Assembly (NCBI GenBank): GCA_963713825.1
Contig: CAVQNG010000025.1
Location: 256,001-320,000, forward strand
Source of the DNA: an uncultured Acidobacteriota bacterium
GTDB lineage: Bacteria > Acidobacteriota > Thermoanaerobaculia > Multivoradales > JAHEKO01
Direction: 5' to 3'
DNA: 64,000 nt
Shown: positions 36,903 to 46,066 of the stretch, piece by piece
Position numbering within the stretch: position 1 is the stretch's first letter
Layout of the letters: every line of letters starts with the position of its first letter
Notes under the pieces: model-generated
What the model saw: the letters and a program-made list of their open reading frames with translations, nothing else
Database searches by the model: none
What the model was told of the DNA's origin: nothing
Made by a program: the position numbers and the translations under genes

Positions 36903-38765
36903 ATGGGATTCATCCTCCTCAACGTCCTCTCGCTGGCTCTGCTGGTGGCCTTGTTTCATGCCTCCGGGCGGCTCGTCGAATGGGCAGTGCTTCGATCTCG
37001 GGGCGCGGTTGAAACACCCTTCGTGGTTCGACAGGCCCTCGGCATGGGAGTCTGGGTCGTGGTCACCTTCGCGTTGGCCGCGAGCGGGCTGGCAACTTCG
37101 TGGACTCTCCTGGCGCTGGTTGGCTTGGTCGCGGTGGCCTTTGTCGCGGCAGCCGCCTCGGGAGCCGTCCCTATGCAGATGCCTGGCTGGAGGATGTTCA
37201 GTTTGCCCGGCTGGGGAGTGGCAATCGCGGCAACCTCTGTCGGGCTCTTGTTGTGGGCGCTATTTCTGCAGACTCTCTGGCCAGCAGTCAGCTGGGACGC
37301 CAACGTGTATCACCTCACCGTACCTCGGCTGTGGGCGGAGCACGGTGGCTTCAGGCCCATCCCCTTCAACGTCTATTCGAACTGGCCGCTGAACACCGAG
37401 CTGCTCTTTCTCGTGGCGATGCTGCTGCGCGACTATCTGTTGGCAAAGTTGGTGCACTTTCTGTTGGGCGTGCTGGCACTGGCCGCGGTCTATTGGATTG
37501 TTCGTCGGAATGCTGGCCCTCTTTACGGCTGGTTCGCCGCCGCTCTGTTGCTCTGCAACCAGGTGGTGTTGGCGGAGATTCGTGTCGCTTACGTCGACCT
37601 TGCCTTCGCGTTCTTTTTCTTCACCGCGTTTCTGGCACTTCATACCGCACTCCAGCAGGACCGTCTCTCACCAAGATTCCTGGTTGTCGTGGGCCTACTG
37701 TCGGGGGTGTTGGCTGGGGTCAAGTTGACCGCCGTCGTGGCGGTGCTCTGCCTGGCGGCTGTGCTGACTCTCGAATGGCGCCGCGGAAACCGAGCCAGAA
37801 GCGGCCTCTTCAGGTCGCTGATAGTCCTCGTGCTGCCCTCTCTCGTAGTTCTTCTCGCTTGGTTCGTGAAGAGCTGGATCCTAACGGGCAATCCTGTCTA
37901 CCCGTTTCTCTACGGAGTGTTCGGTGGCCCGAACTGGAGTGAGGAGCTGGGCAAGATGCTCCGCGATTGGCAGCAGAGCATCGGCATGGGACGAGGCCTC
38001 GTGGACTATCTACTGCTGCCGATTCGGGTGATCCTTATGGGCGGCCTTGGCTACGAGCATTTTGAAGGGCAGATTCACCCACTCTGGTTGGTCTGGATTC
38101 CTCTGAGCATAGGGATGTCGCGAAAGAGCGATCTTGTGCGGCGGTGTCTTTGGATCGCAGGGCTCTATTTTGTTTCATGGAGTCTGACATCACAGCAGAT
38201 GCGTTTGCTGATTCCGGTCCTGCCGTTTCTTGCCACGGCGGCGGCGTGCTCGATCGCCGAGCTCTTCTCCTGGATGGAGCGAAGGACCGGCCGTCGATGG
38301 CTACAGATTCTGGTGCCGACTGTGATCGTCCTGCTCGTTGCCCAGTCAGGCGGAGGCTTTTTGGCGGGTGGATGGAGATTGGCGGGCGTCTATCTGAACG
38401 AAGGTGCCGCGGTCCGAGAGGTGGCCGTGCATCCCGTCTATCGATGGATCAACGAGACCCTGCCGGAAGAGGCGCGGGTGCTGATGGTCAACACCAACCA
38501 TGGGTTTTTCTGCCACCGGGAGTATGTCGCCGATAGCTTCTTCGAGGCCTCACAAACCATGCATCTCGTGATGACCTGTCAGTCCAAGTCAGATGTGGCG
38601 CAGTTGCTCCGAGACAACGGGTTGACCCATGTTCTGATTGACTCACGCACGAGAGGGATCCCCTACCCCAGGGCCTTCCTCGAGTTCCTGGAAGAGCCCG
38701 ATCGACTGGCCGAGAAGATCTACCGCTCGGAAGATGGCCGCTTCACCGTTCTAGAAGTTCGGTAA
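36903..38765 (+). CDS. GT-C-like polytopic membrane protein (ArnT/PMT-like glycosyltransferase)
   Basis: More than 12 TM helices. First-loop motif WDANVYHL..P, plus YVDL, GVKL, GNPVYPF, QMRLLIP, and a C-terminal soluble domain. Confidence 0.7.
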   Translation: MGFILLNVLSLALLVALFHASGRLVEWAVLRSRGAVETPFVVRQALGMGVWVVVTFALAASGLATSWTLLALVGLVAVAFVAAAASGAVPMQMPGWRMFSLPGWGVAIAATSVGLLLWALFLQTLWPAVSWDANVYHLTVPRLWAEHGGFRPIPFNVYSNWPLNTELLFLVAMLLRDYLLAKLVHFLLGVLALAAVYWIVRRNAGPLYGWFAAALLLCNQVVLAEIRVAYVDLAFAFFFFTAFLALHTALQQDRLSPRFLVVVGLLSGVLAGVKLTAVVAVLCLAAVLTLEWRRGNRARSGLFRSLIVLVLPSLVVLLAWFVKSWILTGNPVYPFLYGVFGGPNWSEELGKMLRDWQQSIGMGRGLVDYLLLPIRVILMGGLGYEHFEGQIHPLWLVWIPLSIGMSRKSDLVRRCLWIAGLYFVSWSLTSQQMRLLIPVLPFLATAAACSIAELFSWMERRTGRRWLQILVPTVIVLLVAQSGGGFLAGGWRLAGVYLNEGAAVREVAVHPVYRWINETLPEEARVLMVNTNHGFFCHREYVADSFFEASQTMHLVMTCQSKSDVAQLLRDNGLTHVLIDSRTRGIPYPRAFLEFLEEPDRLAEKIYRSEDGRFTVLEVR

Positions 38766-38827
38766 GAGGCGGCACAGCCACGCCAAAATGAGAGGTAAGA
38801 GCTGCAAAAGTCTGGAGAGGGCTTCGG

Positions 38828-38856
38828 TTGACAACCCTCAGGGCCTCCGAGATACT
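38828..38856 (+). promoter_or_regulatory. Putative sigma70 promoter
   Basis: TTGACA (38828-38833)-N17-GATACT (38851-38856), about 80 bp upstream of ATG 38939. Confidence 0.6.
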
Positions 38857-38938
38857 GGTTCATCATCGACTTTGGGGCTCCGATCACATCGCCGAGCGTC
38901 ATACGGCGAGAAACTACCGACCATTCGAAGCGATTGCT

Positions 38939-40261
38939 ATGCGGGAAAGACAGGACGTAATCCTGGGTGGAGGCTTGGCCGGACTTTCGGCGGCCTATCA
39001 TCTGCAGCTCGCCGGTGAGCAGCACTGGCAGATTTTCGAACGGGAGGCCCGCGTCGGCGGCTTGGCGCGGACGCTGGATGTGGGAGGGTACCGTTTCGAC
39101 TATGGTCCTCACATTCTGTTCACCATCGACAAGGAGATGGAGGAGCTGATTCGCGACCTCTTGGGAGACAACTTCCACGCCCAGGAGCGCCGCGCCTACA
39201 TCTATCACCGGGCTCACGATCTCTACACCCAATTTCCGTTTCAGGCTCACCTCTTCGGATTGCCGATTCCGATCGTCAAGGAGTGCCTGGTGGGGCTAAC
39301 CCACGCCGTGGAGGCACAGGCGCGGGGCGATTTCGACCCTCAGAACTACGAGGAGTGGATGCGTGGCTTCTTCGGGGACGGCATCGCCGACCACTTGATG
39401 ATTCCCTACGCCAAGAAGATCTGGACGGTGGAGCCTGCGACGATGGATTTCAGCTGGATCGGTCGTCGCGTTCCGACTCCCGACGTGGAGAGGATCATTC
39501 AGGGGGCGCTGACTGGCGAGGTAGACCAGGTCGGTGCCACGGCACACTTCTGGTACACCAAGCAGGGTGGAATCGAGCCTTTACCCAGGGCGCTGGGGGA
39601 GAGGGTTTCTGGCCTCAATCTCGACCGGACCGCAGTTCGGATCGAGCTTCCGGCCAAGCAGGTCGTGTTCGAGGACGGCGACATCGTGCCGTTCGAGCAG
39701 TTGATCTACACCTTGCCGTTGCCATTCATCCCTCGGTTCATTCCCGATCTCCCGCCAGAGGTGAAGCGGGCCTGCGAGGGACTGCGGTACCAGGGGATCT
39801 ACTGCGTCAATATCGGCGTCGACCGCGAGGCCATTTCCGACAAGCACTGGATCTACTACTACGAGGACGAATTTCCCTTTCATCGCCTCTCCCTGCCTGC
39901 CAACTTCAGTCCTGACACCGTGCCGGCGGGCAAGAGCGCCATCGCCACTGAAGTGGCTTTCTCGGACGTGCGGCCACTGGACCGGGAGACGGCTGTAGAG
40001 AAAACCATCGAGGGACTCATCGCCTCGCGGCTGATCACCGCCGAGGACACGATCTCCTTCGTGCATACCGAAGAGATCCTGCCAGCCTACGTCATCTACG
40101 ACCTCGAGCATGCCTCCAACGTAGCGACCATCCGAGAGTGGCTCTTGCAGTACGGGATTCGGACAGCGGGTCGGTTCGGCGAGTGGCAGTACTTCAATAT
40201 GGACCACTCGATGCGCAGCGGAAAACGAGCGGTCGACGAGATCGTCGCCGCGAGGTCTTGA
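38939..40261 (+). CDS. FAD-dependent oxidoreductase, UDP-galactopyranose mutase/protoporphyrinogen oxidase-like
   Basis: GGGLAGL dinucleotide motif, FDYGPH, PYAKKIW, C-terminal GRFGEWQYFNMDHS. Located in the glycan locus. Confidence 0.8.
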   Translation: MRERQDVILGGGLAGLSAAYHLQLAGEQHWQIFEREARVGGLARTLDVGGYRFDYGPHILFTIDKEMEELIRDLLGDNFHAQERRAYIYHRAHDLYTQFPFQAHLFGLPIPIVKECLVGLTHAVEAQARGDFDPQNYEEWMRGFFGDGIADHLMIPYAKKIWTVEPATMDFSWIGRRVPTPDVERIIQGALTGEVDQVGATAHFWYTKQGGIEPLPRALGERVSGLNLDRTAVRIELPAKQVVFEDGDIVPFEQLIYTLPLPFIPRFIPDLPPEVKRACEGLRYQGIYCVNIGVDREAISDKHWIYYYEDEFPFHRLSLPANFSPDTVPAGKSAIATEVAFSDVRPLDRETAVEKTIEGLIASRLITAEDTISFVHTEEILPAYVIYDLEHASNVATIREWLLQYGIRTAGRFGEWQYFNMDHSMRSGKRAVDEIVAARS

Positions 40262-40264
40262 TTC

Positions 40265-41194
40265 ATGCGTGACCCGTCGGCGTCGGTGGCCGTGGTCCTA
40301 GTCAACTGGAACGGCATCGACGACGCCCTCGACGTCCTCGACCAGCTCGATCGCATCGAGGGCCCACCTCTTCAACGGCTGGTGGTGGACAACGGTTCCA
40401 CTGATGATTCAGTTGCCAGACTGCGTCAGGAGCGACCGGACGTCGAGCTCCTGGAGACCGGCAGCAATCTGGGATTTGCGGCTGGCAATGTGGCGGGCAT
40501 ACGCCATCTCCTGGAACGGTACGACTGCGGTTGGGTCCTCTTGCTCAATACGGATGTGGAGGTCGATCCGGGTTTTCTGCGACCGCTCATCGAAGCTTGT
40601 ATGGACGAGCGAGTCGGTGCTGCCGGTCCCAAGATCTACTTCCACCAACCGCCGGACCTCATCTGGGCGGCGGGCGGTACGTTGCGCGTGCGTGAGACGG
40701 TGACTCGGGAGTTCGGAATTCGACAGCCCGACGCGCCCATCTGGGACGAGCCCAAAGATGTCACCTATCTGACGACCTGCTGCCTTCTGGTGCCCCGCGA
40801 TGTCTTGGCAAAGGTCGGGCTCTTCGATCCGGTGTTTTTCATCGGGGTGGAAGATGCCGACTGGTGCCGTCGGGCTCTTGATAGGGGATATCGACTGCGC
40901 TATGAGCCGGCGAGTCGAATCTGGCACAAGGTCGCCACTTCGACCGGCGGCAGCTACACGCCTTTCAAAACGTTCCACACGGGCCGCAGCAATGCCCTCT
41001 ACGCCCGACGACACTTCCGTCTGCCGGCACTGTCGCTTTTCGTGCTCGCCAATATCGCGGCGCTCGGCGGGGCCTTCATTAGAGAGCTGCCCAGGGGCAA
41101 CGCCAAGGCCGTTGCCTCGAAAGCGAAAGGGCTCTGGCGGGGGTTGAGGGACCCTCTCGCGCCACCGCCCGGATTGATACCCGATCCCGACTAG
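40265..41194 (+). CDS. Glycosyltransferase family 2 (rhamnosyl/galactofuranosyl transferase-like)
   Basis: VLVNWN, VDNGSTD, NLGFAAGN, LLNTD, EDADWC. Confidence 0.9.
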   Translation: MRDPSASVAVVLVNWNGIDDALDVLDQLDRIEGPPLQRLVVDNGSTDDSVARLRQERPDVELLETGSNLGFAAGNVAGIRHLLERYDCGWVLLLNTDVEVDPGFLRPLIEACMDERVGAAGPKIYFHQPPDLIWAAGGTLRVRETVTREFGIRQPDAPIWDEPKDVTYLTTCCLLVPRDVLAKVGLFDPVFFIGVEDADWCRRALDRGYRLRYEPASRIWHKVATSTGGSYTPFKTFHTGRSNALYARRHFRLPALSLFVLANIAALGGAFIRELPRGNAKAVASKAKGLWRGLRDPLAPPPGLIPDPD

Positions 41195-41721
41195 GTGTCG
41201 GCGAGGGGCCGAGCCCGGGCCGGAGCGCCGATGGCCAGGCTAGCGGCTGGAACGTCCTCGAGCACAACGGCACCGGCCCCGACAAAAGCATCGTCACCGA
41301 CCGAGATCCCGCCCAGCACGATGGCGTGGGCACCGATGGTGACGCGATCTCCGATATGAGGGCAATCGTCCTCTGAGAAGCGTGCTTCACCGAGCGTCAC
41401 TCCCTGCAGCAGCGTACAGTCCTCGCCGATCACCGTGGTGCCGCCGACCACCAGCCCGAGCCCGTGGGCGATGTAGCAGCCGCCGCCGATTCGAGCCTGA
41501 GGGAGGATGTCGACGCCGCAGGAGCCGATTGCCCAACGCCGAAACACCGCTGGTAGGACGGGCCAGCCCCATTTGCGGAAAGTGGAACCCATCCGGTAGG
41601 CCGCGAGGGCCTGAAATCCAGAGTCGAACAGAATGGACTCCAGGAAAGTGCGCCATGCTCCTTTCCTCTTGATCTCCCGGATGCGACTCAAGTCACGGCG
41701 AAAGTTCGGCCAGAAACTCAT
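41191..41721 (-). CDS. Serine O-acetyltransferase-like hexapeptide-repeat acetyltransferase (CysE/WcaB/EpsC-like)
   Basis: IGGGCYIAHG, IGEDCTLLQGVTLG, PHIGDRVTIGAHA, VGAGAVV. Confidence 0.85.
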   Translation of the reverse strand: MSFWPNFRRDLSRIREIKRKGAWRTFLESILFDSGFQALAAYRMGSTFRKWGWPVLPAVFRRWAIGSCGVDILPQARIGGGCYIAHGLGLVVGGTTVIGEDCTLLQGVTLGEARFSEDDCPHIGDRVTIGAHAIVLGGISVGDDAFVGAGAVVLEDVPAASLAIGAPARARPLADT

Positions 41722-41774
41722 GAGTGCACCAAGTCTGCCATGAAACGAGATCAGTCCCTAGGGCTCGTACTGCT

Positions 41775-42542
41775 TCAACGGGGCCGTTTCGGGCTCAGTC
41801 TGCCGTGCCAGGCAGAAAGCCAGTAGTACAGCCCGGACAGCTTACGAGCGAAGCGTGCCTCGGAGTCGCCCGGGAAGACCATCATTCTGGGTAGAGCAAA
41901 GAGGTCTGTGGTCGGCGGCTCGCCTGCATAGGCTGCGCGGTAGCCCGCTTCGGAGACAGCTCGGCGCGCCTCCGAGTCGTGATGGGCGAATGGATAACAG
42001 AAGTCCAGGACCGGGCGATCCAGAACCTCCTCCAGGCGCTGCTTCGAGCGCCCGGCTTCCGCGCTGACAGTCTCGAAGGTGGCAGTGGTCAGATCCTGAT
42101 GGGTCAACGAATGAGAGCCGACCTCCTGGCCTGCTTCGATCCAGCTCCTCAGGCCCTCTTCGTCTACGATCCGCCCTTCGGAGGCGGCTACCGAGGACTC
42201 CTCCTCGGAGCTCAAGCTGACGCGCTCACCGAGGAGTCCAGCCGGAACGAAGACCGTGCTCAGCATGTCGTGCCTCTGCAGCAAAGGGGCCGCCCTCTCC
42301 AGAGTCTCGGCAAAGGCGTCGTCGAAGGTGATCAGAACCGACTTTCCGGGAGAGCTCCCGAGGCGAAAGCACTCGTAGGCTTCGTTCAGCGAGAGAGTTC
42401 GATAACCACGAGTCCGAATCCACTCCAGGTGACGAATGAAGGTCTCTTCCGCGACCCAGAGCTGGGGATCACCTCCCGGACAGGGTCCGAGCCGGTGATA
42501 CATCAGGACCGGTAGGATTCGCTTCGGCAGCCAACCTGTCAT
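41775..42542 (-). CDS. Polysaccharide deacetylase (CE4/NodB-like)
   Basis: PVLMYH, ITFDD, GSHSLTH, FCYPF, LPR. Confidence 0.9.
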   Translation of the reverse strand: MTGWLPKRILPVLMYHRLGPCPGGDPQLWVAEETFIRHLEWIRTRGYRTLSLNEAYECFRLGSSPGKSVLITFDDAFAETLERAAPLLQRHDMLSTVFVPAGLLGERVSLSSEEESSVAASEGRIVDEEGLRSWIEAGQEVGSHSLTHQDLTTATFETVSAEAGRSKQRLEEVLDRPVLDFCYPFAHHDSEARRAVSEAGYRAAYAGEPPTTDLFALPRMMVFPGDSEARFARKLSGLYYWLSAWHGRLSPKRPR

Positions 42543-43651
42543 GGTCGCCTCCTGCTCAGCTCGCAGAGCAGATCGCCCAGCTTCTCGGCGGACTCCTCCA
42601 CCGAATGCGAGAGCGCCTGTTGGCGGGGTCGATCACTCCATGACTGGACCAGGGCGCGCTCGATCGCGTCAGAGAAGCTCTGGGAGTCGGGCTCATCGAC
42701 TAGGATGCCTGCATCGCCGATCAACTCTCGACGGGCGGCATCGGCGGTGGCGACCACCGGTTTGTTGCAGGCCATCGCTTCCAAGGCTGCCAGAGGGCCC
42801 GCTTCGCGAGGCGATGGTGCCAGGAGGATGTCTGCGGCAGAGTAGAGGCCGGGCATCGCGGTCCGGTCGAGGACGAGGCGTCGGTAGCGATCGGGGCCAA
42901 GCCGATCGTGGGCCAGTGAGTCCATCGAAGGTGCGAGGGGGCCGTCGCCGGCCAGGACGAGGGATCCTCGGGTTCCGGCTACCGCCTCGATGGCGAGGTC
43001 TGGAGCTTTCTCCGGCGACAGGGCGCCTACAACGAGTACTACGGGAGACGGAAGACCGACAGGATAGGGTTCCGCATCCGGCCGGAAGAGGTCGCAATCG
43101 ACTCCCTGTCGTATGACCTCGACCCGAAGGCCGGGTACCTCGGCGCGAATCTGTGCGGCGAAGCTGTCACTCTGAGCCACGAAGATATCGGGTCGCCGGC
43201 GAGCGAACGGCACCTCCCACCCCAGTTGATTGCTGTGCGCCACGTCGAGCAGTCGGACGCCGGTGAGCTTGCGAAGCGCGGCGAGAAGGTGGCCTCCCCA
43301 GAGGCCTGTTTCGTGCCAGATGACGTCGAAACGACCCCGAATCAACGAGGGAAGCGAGGCCAGGAGGTGGCTCGTCCACTCCATGTGGATCGGTTCCAGA
43401 TAGAGCGTATCCAGGATCTTGCGCCCCGAACGAGTCGCGAGATACGTTGCCTCGATGGCTGAGCGGGAGAGGCCCGGCCTGGCAATTCCCCCCGGGCCCT
43501 CGCCCGACCGGGAGTAGACATGGAGATCGAGGCGATCCTCGAGGCGCGGAAGCCACTGGGAAAGGAGAGCCTCGGCGCCCCGCTGCACCTCACCATAGCC
43601 GGAGAGGATGACGGCCACCTTGGGCCTGGCTGGATCGCTCTGAGCTGTCAT
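42539..43651 (-). CDS. Glycosyltransferase family 4
   Basis: GAE, GVDCDLFRP, EK, EX7E motif EAGPLAALEAMACNKPVV. Confidence 0.88.
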   Translation of the reverse strand: MTAQSDPARPKVAVILSGYGEVQRGAEALLSQWLPRLEDRLDLHVYSRSGEGPGGIARPGLSRSAIEATYLATRSGRKILDTLYLEPIHMEWTSHLLASLPSLIRGRFDVIWHETGLWGGHLLAALRKLTGVRLLDVAHSNQLGWEVPFARRRPDIFVAQSDSFAAQIRAEVPGLRVEVIRQGVDCDLFRPDAEPYPVGLPSPVVLVVGALSPEKAPDLAIEAVAGTRGSLVLAGDGPLAPSMDSLAHDRLGPDRYRRLVLDRTAMPGLYSAADILLAPSPREAGPLAALEAMACNKPVVATADAARRELIGDAGILVDEPDSQSFSDAIERALVQSWSDRPRQQALSHSVEESAEKLGDLLCELSRRRP

Positions 43652-45081
43652 GGTGAGGGGAGATCAGAGATTTCCGCAGCGGTATCTTTGTCCAGGAAGA
43701 ACGCACGGAAGGGTTTGGCAAAGCGAGACAGCATCAATCCACCGACGAGGGCCGCTCCCAGGACGGAGGCGGCGAATCGCTCCCAACTGGCTGCCGGGAA
43801 GAAGGTGGCAATGGCGAGGAAGAACGGCAGCGGCAGGAGATAGGTGATCAGTAGATCGCCGACCAGCCGCCAGAACTCGGGTCCGCAGATTCGGTAGACC
43901 CGCCACGCCATGATCAGGTGACCCAGCATCAGGTAGTGAGCCCACGCCATCCCCGCCGGCCCCATGCGCTGAGCGAGAAACCAGCCGAAGCCGACTAGCG
44001 ATGCGAGATTCACCAGCACGATCAGCAACCAGACCCGATCTTCGCGGTAGGCCTTCAGCATTTCACCACCGAGTCGATTGAAGGGATCGACCAGAGGCAG
44101 AAAGCACAGGATGCGGAGAAGGTGTACGGCCGGCTCCCAGTTGGGTCCCAGAAGGATCTTGAGCAGCACGATCTCCGCGTTGAAGAACAGGAAGTAGGCC
44201 AGCAACACCTCGATCGAGAGAATCGCCACGGTGCCGAGGCGAAAGGCGCCGACGAAGCGAGTCCGATTCGAGCGATAGGCCACCAGGGCTGGATAGATCA
44301 CCCTGCCGAGGGCCGGGATGAGAAGAATCTGAGCGCGAAAGGCCCACAGGAAGGCCTTCTCGAACTGGCCCACCATGGAAGTCGTGTCCACCATCTCGAC
44401 GATGTAGCGGCCGACGAAGGGGGTCGTGTTGGCCACCAGAGCAATGACGAAGAGTAGGCTACTTCGCTGTAGCAGACCGGGTATCAACCGCGGGTCGGCT
44501 TTGAGCGAGAACGCACCTGCCGCTCTCGCCCAGAGCAGGATCACGTACAGGGTGGCGGCCAGGAGCTCGCCGAGAACGAAGCTCCAGACGCCGAAGCCGG
44601 CAGCCGCCAGCGAGATGGAGATCACGGCGAAGGTCAGGCCGCGGAGGATCTCGGGCCAGACGAGCTTGGAAACCTGTAGTTGGCGCTCGAAGTAGACCCG
44701 GGGCACCACCGCTGCCGCCTCGATCAGGACCCAGAGGGCGAGGACGCGAAGCACCTGGGGGAGGGCAGGGTCAAGGTTACCGAAAAGGGGTGCCGCAGCG
44801 ATGAGTAAGGCTGTGACGAAGGCGCCCGAAACCAGCTCCCAGAGCATCACGGTGCCATAGGGGTGCTTGGGATCGCGGACCAGCTCGTAGGGCAGCCCGA
44901 GGTCCCGGACAAAGCCCGCTATCACCACCGTGGACCAGGCGAGGGCGAAGAGACCGTGGCTTTCCGGGAGGACCAGACGAGCCAGGGTCAAATCGGCAAT
45001 CAGTCGCAGGAGGGTTCGCGCGACCTGGCTACCGCCGGCCGCGAGAATTGAGTCCAGAAACCGCTTTTCGGTCGATTCCAT
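43648..45081 (-). CDS. Wzx-type oligosaccharide flippase
   Basis: LARLVLPESHGLFA, DLGL, GFGVWSFVLG, VGQF, VIYPAL, LLGPNW. About 12-13 TM helices. Confidence 0.85.
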   Translation of the reverse strand: MESTEKRFLDSILAAGGSQVARTLLRLIADLTLARLVLPESHGLFALAWSTVVIAGFVRDLGLPYELVRDPKHPYGTVMLWELVSGAFVTALLIAAAPLFGNLDPALPQVLRVLALWVLIEAAAVVPRVYFERQLQVSKLVWPEILRGLTFAVISISLAAAGFGVWSFVLGELLAATLYVILLWARAAGAFSLKADPRLIPGLLQRSSLLFVIALVANTTPFVGRYIVEMVDTTSMVGQFEKAFLWAFRAQILLIPALGRVIYPALVAYRSNRTRFVGAFRLGTVAILSIEVLLAYFLFFNAEIVLLKILLGPNWEPAVHLLRILCFLPLVDPFNRLGGEMLKAYREDRVWLLIVLVNLASLVGFGWFLAQRMGPAGMAWAHYLMLGHLIMAWRVYRICGPEFWRLVGDLLITYLLPLPFFLAIATFFPAASWERFAASVLGAALVGGLMLSRFAKPFRAFFLDKDTAAEISDLPSP

Positions 45082-45087
45082 GCTTCC

Positions 45088-45963
45088 TTACTGGTCTTGC
45101 CAGTTTTCTAGAATCGACTTGTACCAGGCGGACTTGAACGTCACGACCCCCGGGAAGGCTCTCCATGCAGTCAGAAGAGTGGGGTGTCTGCGATAGATCT
45201 GAATCGCCGAGACAACCGACTTGATAGGCCGGGTGAGGGCCAGGCGTCGGCGAGTGCGCCATGTTGGTCCGCCATCGAAGACCCCGGGGTGCCGCCTGCG
45301 AAAGTCGTTGAAGTTCCGTCCGTACCAGTCGGCGTGAGCCACGACACCCTGGCGATCGCGACGAATCGCGGCGTGGTGCACGATGGCCCTTGGCTCGAAC
45401 CGCAGGGCCAGACCGGCCTCTCGGGCGCGCAGCACCCAATCGAAGTCCTCGCTGGTCGCGAGGCCCTCGTCGAAAGGACCGACCTCCTGCCAGGCCTTGG
45501 CCGTCACCGCGAGATTCAGGCTACCGAGTGGGCCGTCCGTAGTGTCGGAATCGGGTCGATCGGCAAGCAGTTCGTTGAAGGAGGCGATGTTGTCGGCAAC
45601 GGCCCACAGATTGCCCCCGAGGTCGAACTGAACGCTACCTCCCGCCACTGGAGAGCGCTCCAACGCTTGCAGGAGGAGGTTCGCCCAGCCCGGCTTGGGC
45701 AGACAGTCCGCGTCGGTGAATAGGTACCGGTCGGTCGCCGCCGCTGCCACCCCCAGATTGCGAGCGGCTCCAGGCGAAACGGGCTCGTCGGTGGCGAGGA
45801 AGCGCACCTCTTCACGCCGAGGCACCAGGCCCCCTTCATCGCGGCCAACGACGAGGATCTCGAGCTCGCCGTCGGCCACTTTCTGCGCAGCTACAGCCTG
45901 CACGGTGTCCCCGACGAGGGGACAGTCGAGATTGGGGATGATGACGGAAGCCCGAAGGTTCAT
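45088..45963 (-). CDS. Glycosyltransferase family 2
   Basis: SVIIP, PGAARNLG, FTDADC, GPFDE, SEDFDW. Confidence 0.9.
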   Translation of the reverse strand: MNLRASVIIPNLDCPLVGDTVQAVAAQKVADGELEILVVGRDEGGLVPRREEVRFLATDEPVSPGAARNLGVAAAATDRYLFTDADCLPKPGWANLLLQALERSPVAGGSVQFDLGGNLWAVADNIASFNELLADRPDSDTTDGPLGSLNLAVTAKAWQEVGPFDEGLATSEDFDWVLRAREAGLALRFEPRAIVHHAAIRRDRQGVVAHADWYGRNFNDFRRRHPGVFDGGPTWRTRRRLALTRPIKSVVSAIQIYRRHPTLLTAWRAFPGVVTFKSAWYKSILENWQDQ

Positions 45964-46056
45964 GGACGGGTAGCTGCTTCTGTTCGGCTTCTCGCCGCTC
46001 CCAGGCTGGCAAAGGCCTCGGATTCGGTAAAGAGCGCGGCTGGAGTCGACGGGCGC

Positions 46057-46065
46057 ATGATAGCA
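46057..46065 (-). promoter_or_regulatory. Putative extended -10 promoter for the GT2-wzx-GT4-deacetylase-acetyltransferase operon
   Basis: Minus strand reads TG-C-TATCAT about 95 bp upstream of ATG 45963. Confidence 0.4.
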
Positions 46066-46066
46066 G

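Noticed and set aside
41191-41721. Calling this gene cysE of cysteine biosynthesis
   Set aside because: It is short and is the last gene of a polysaccharide operon, so a glycan O-acetyltransferase role is at least as likely. No symbol was assigned.
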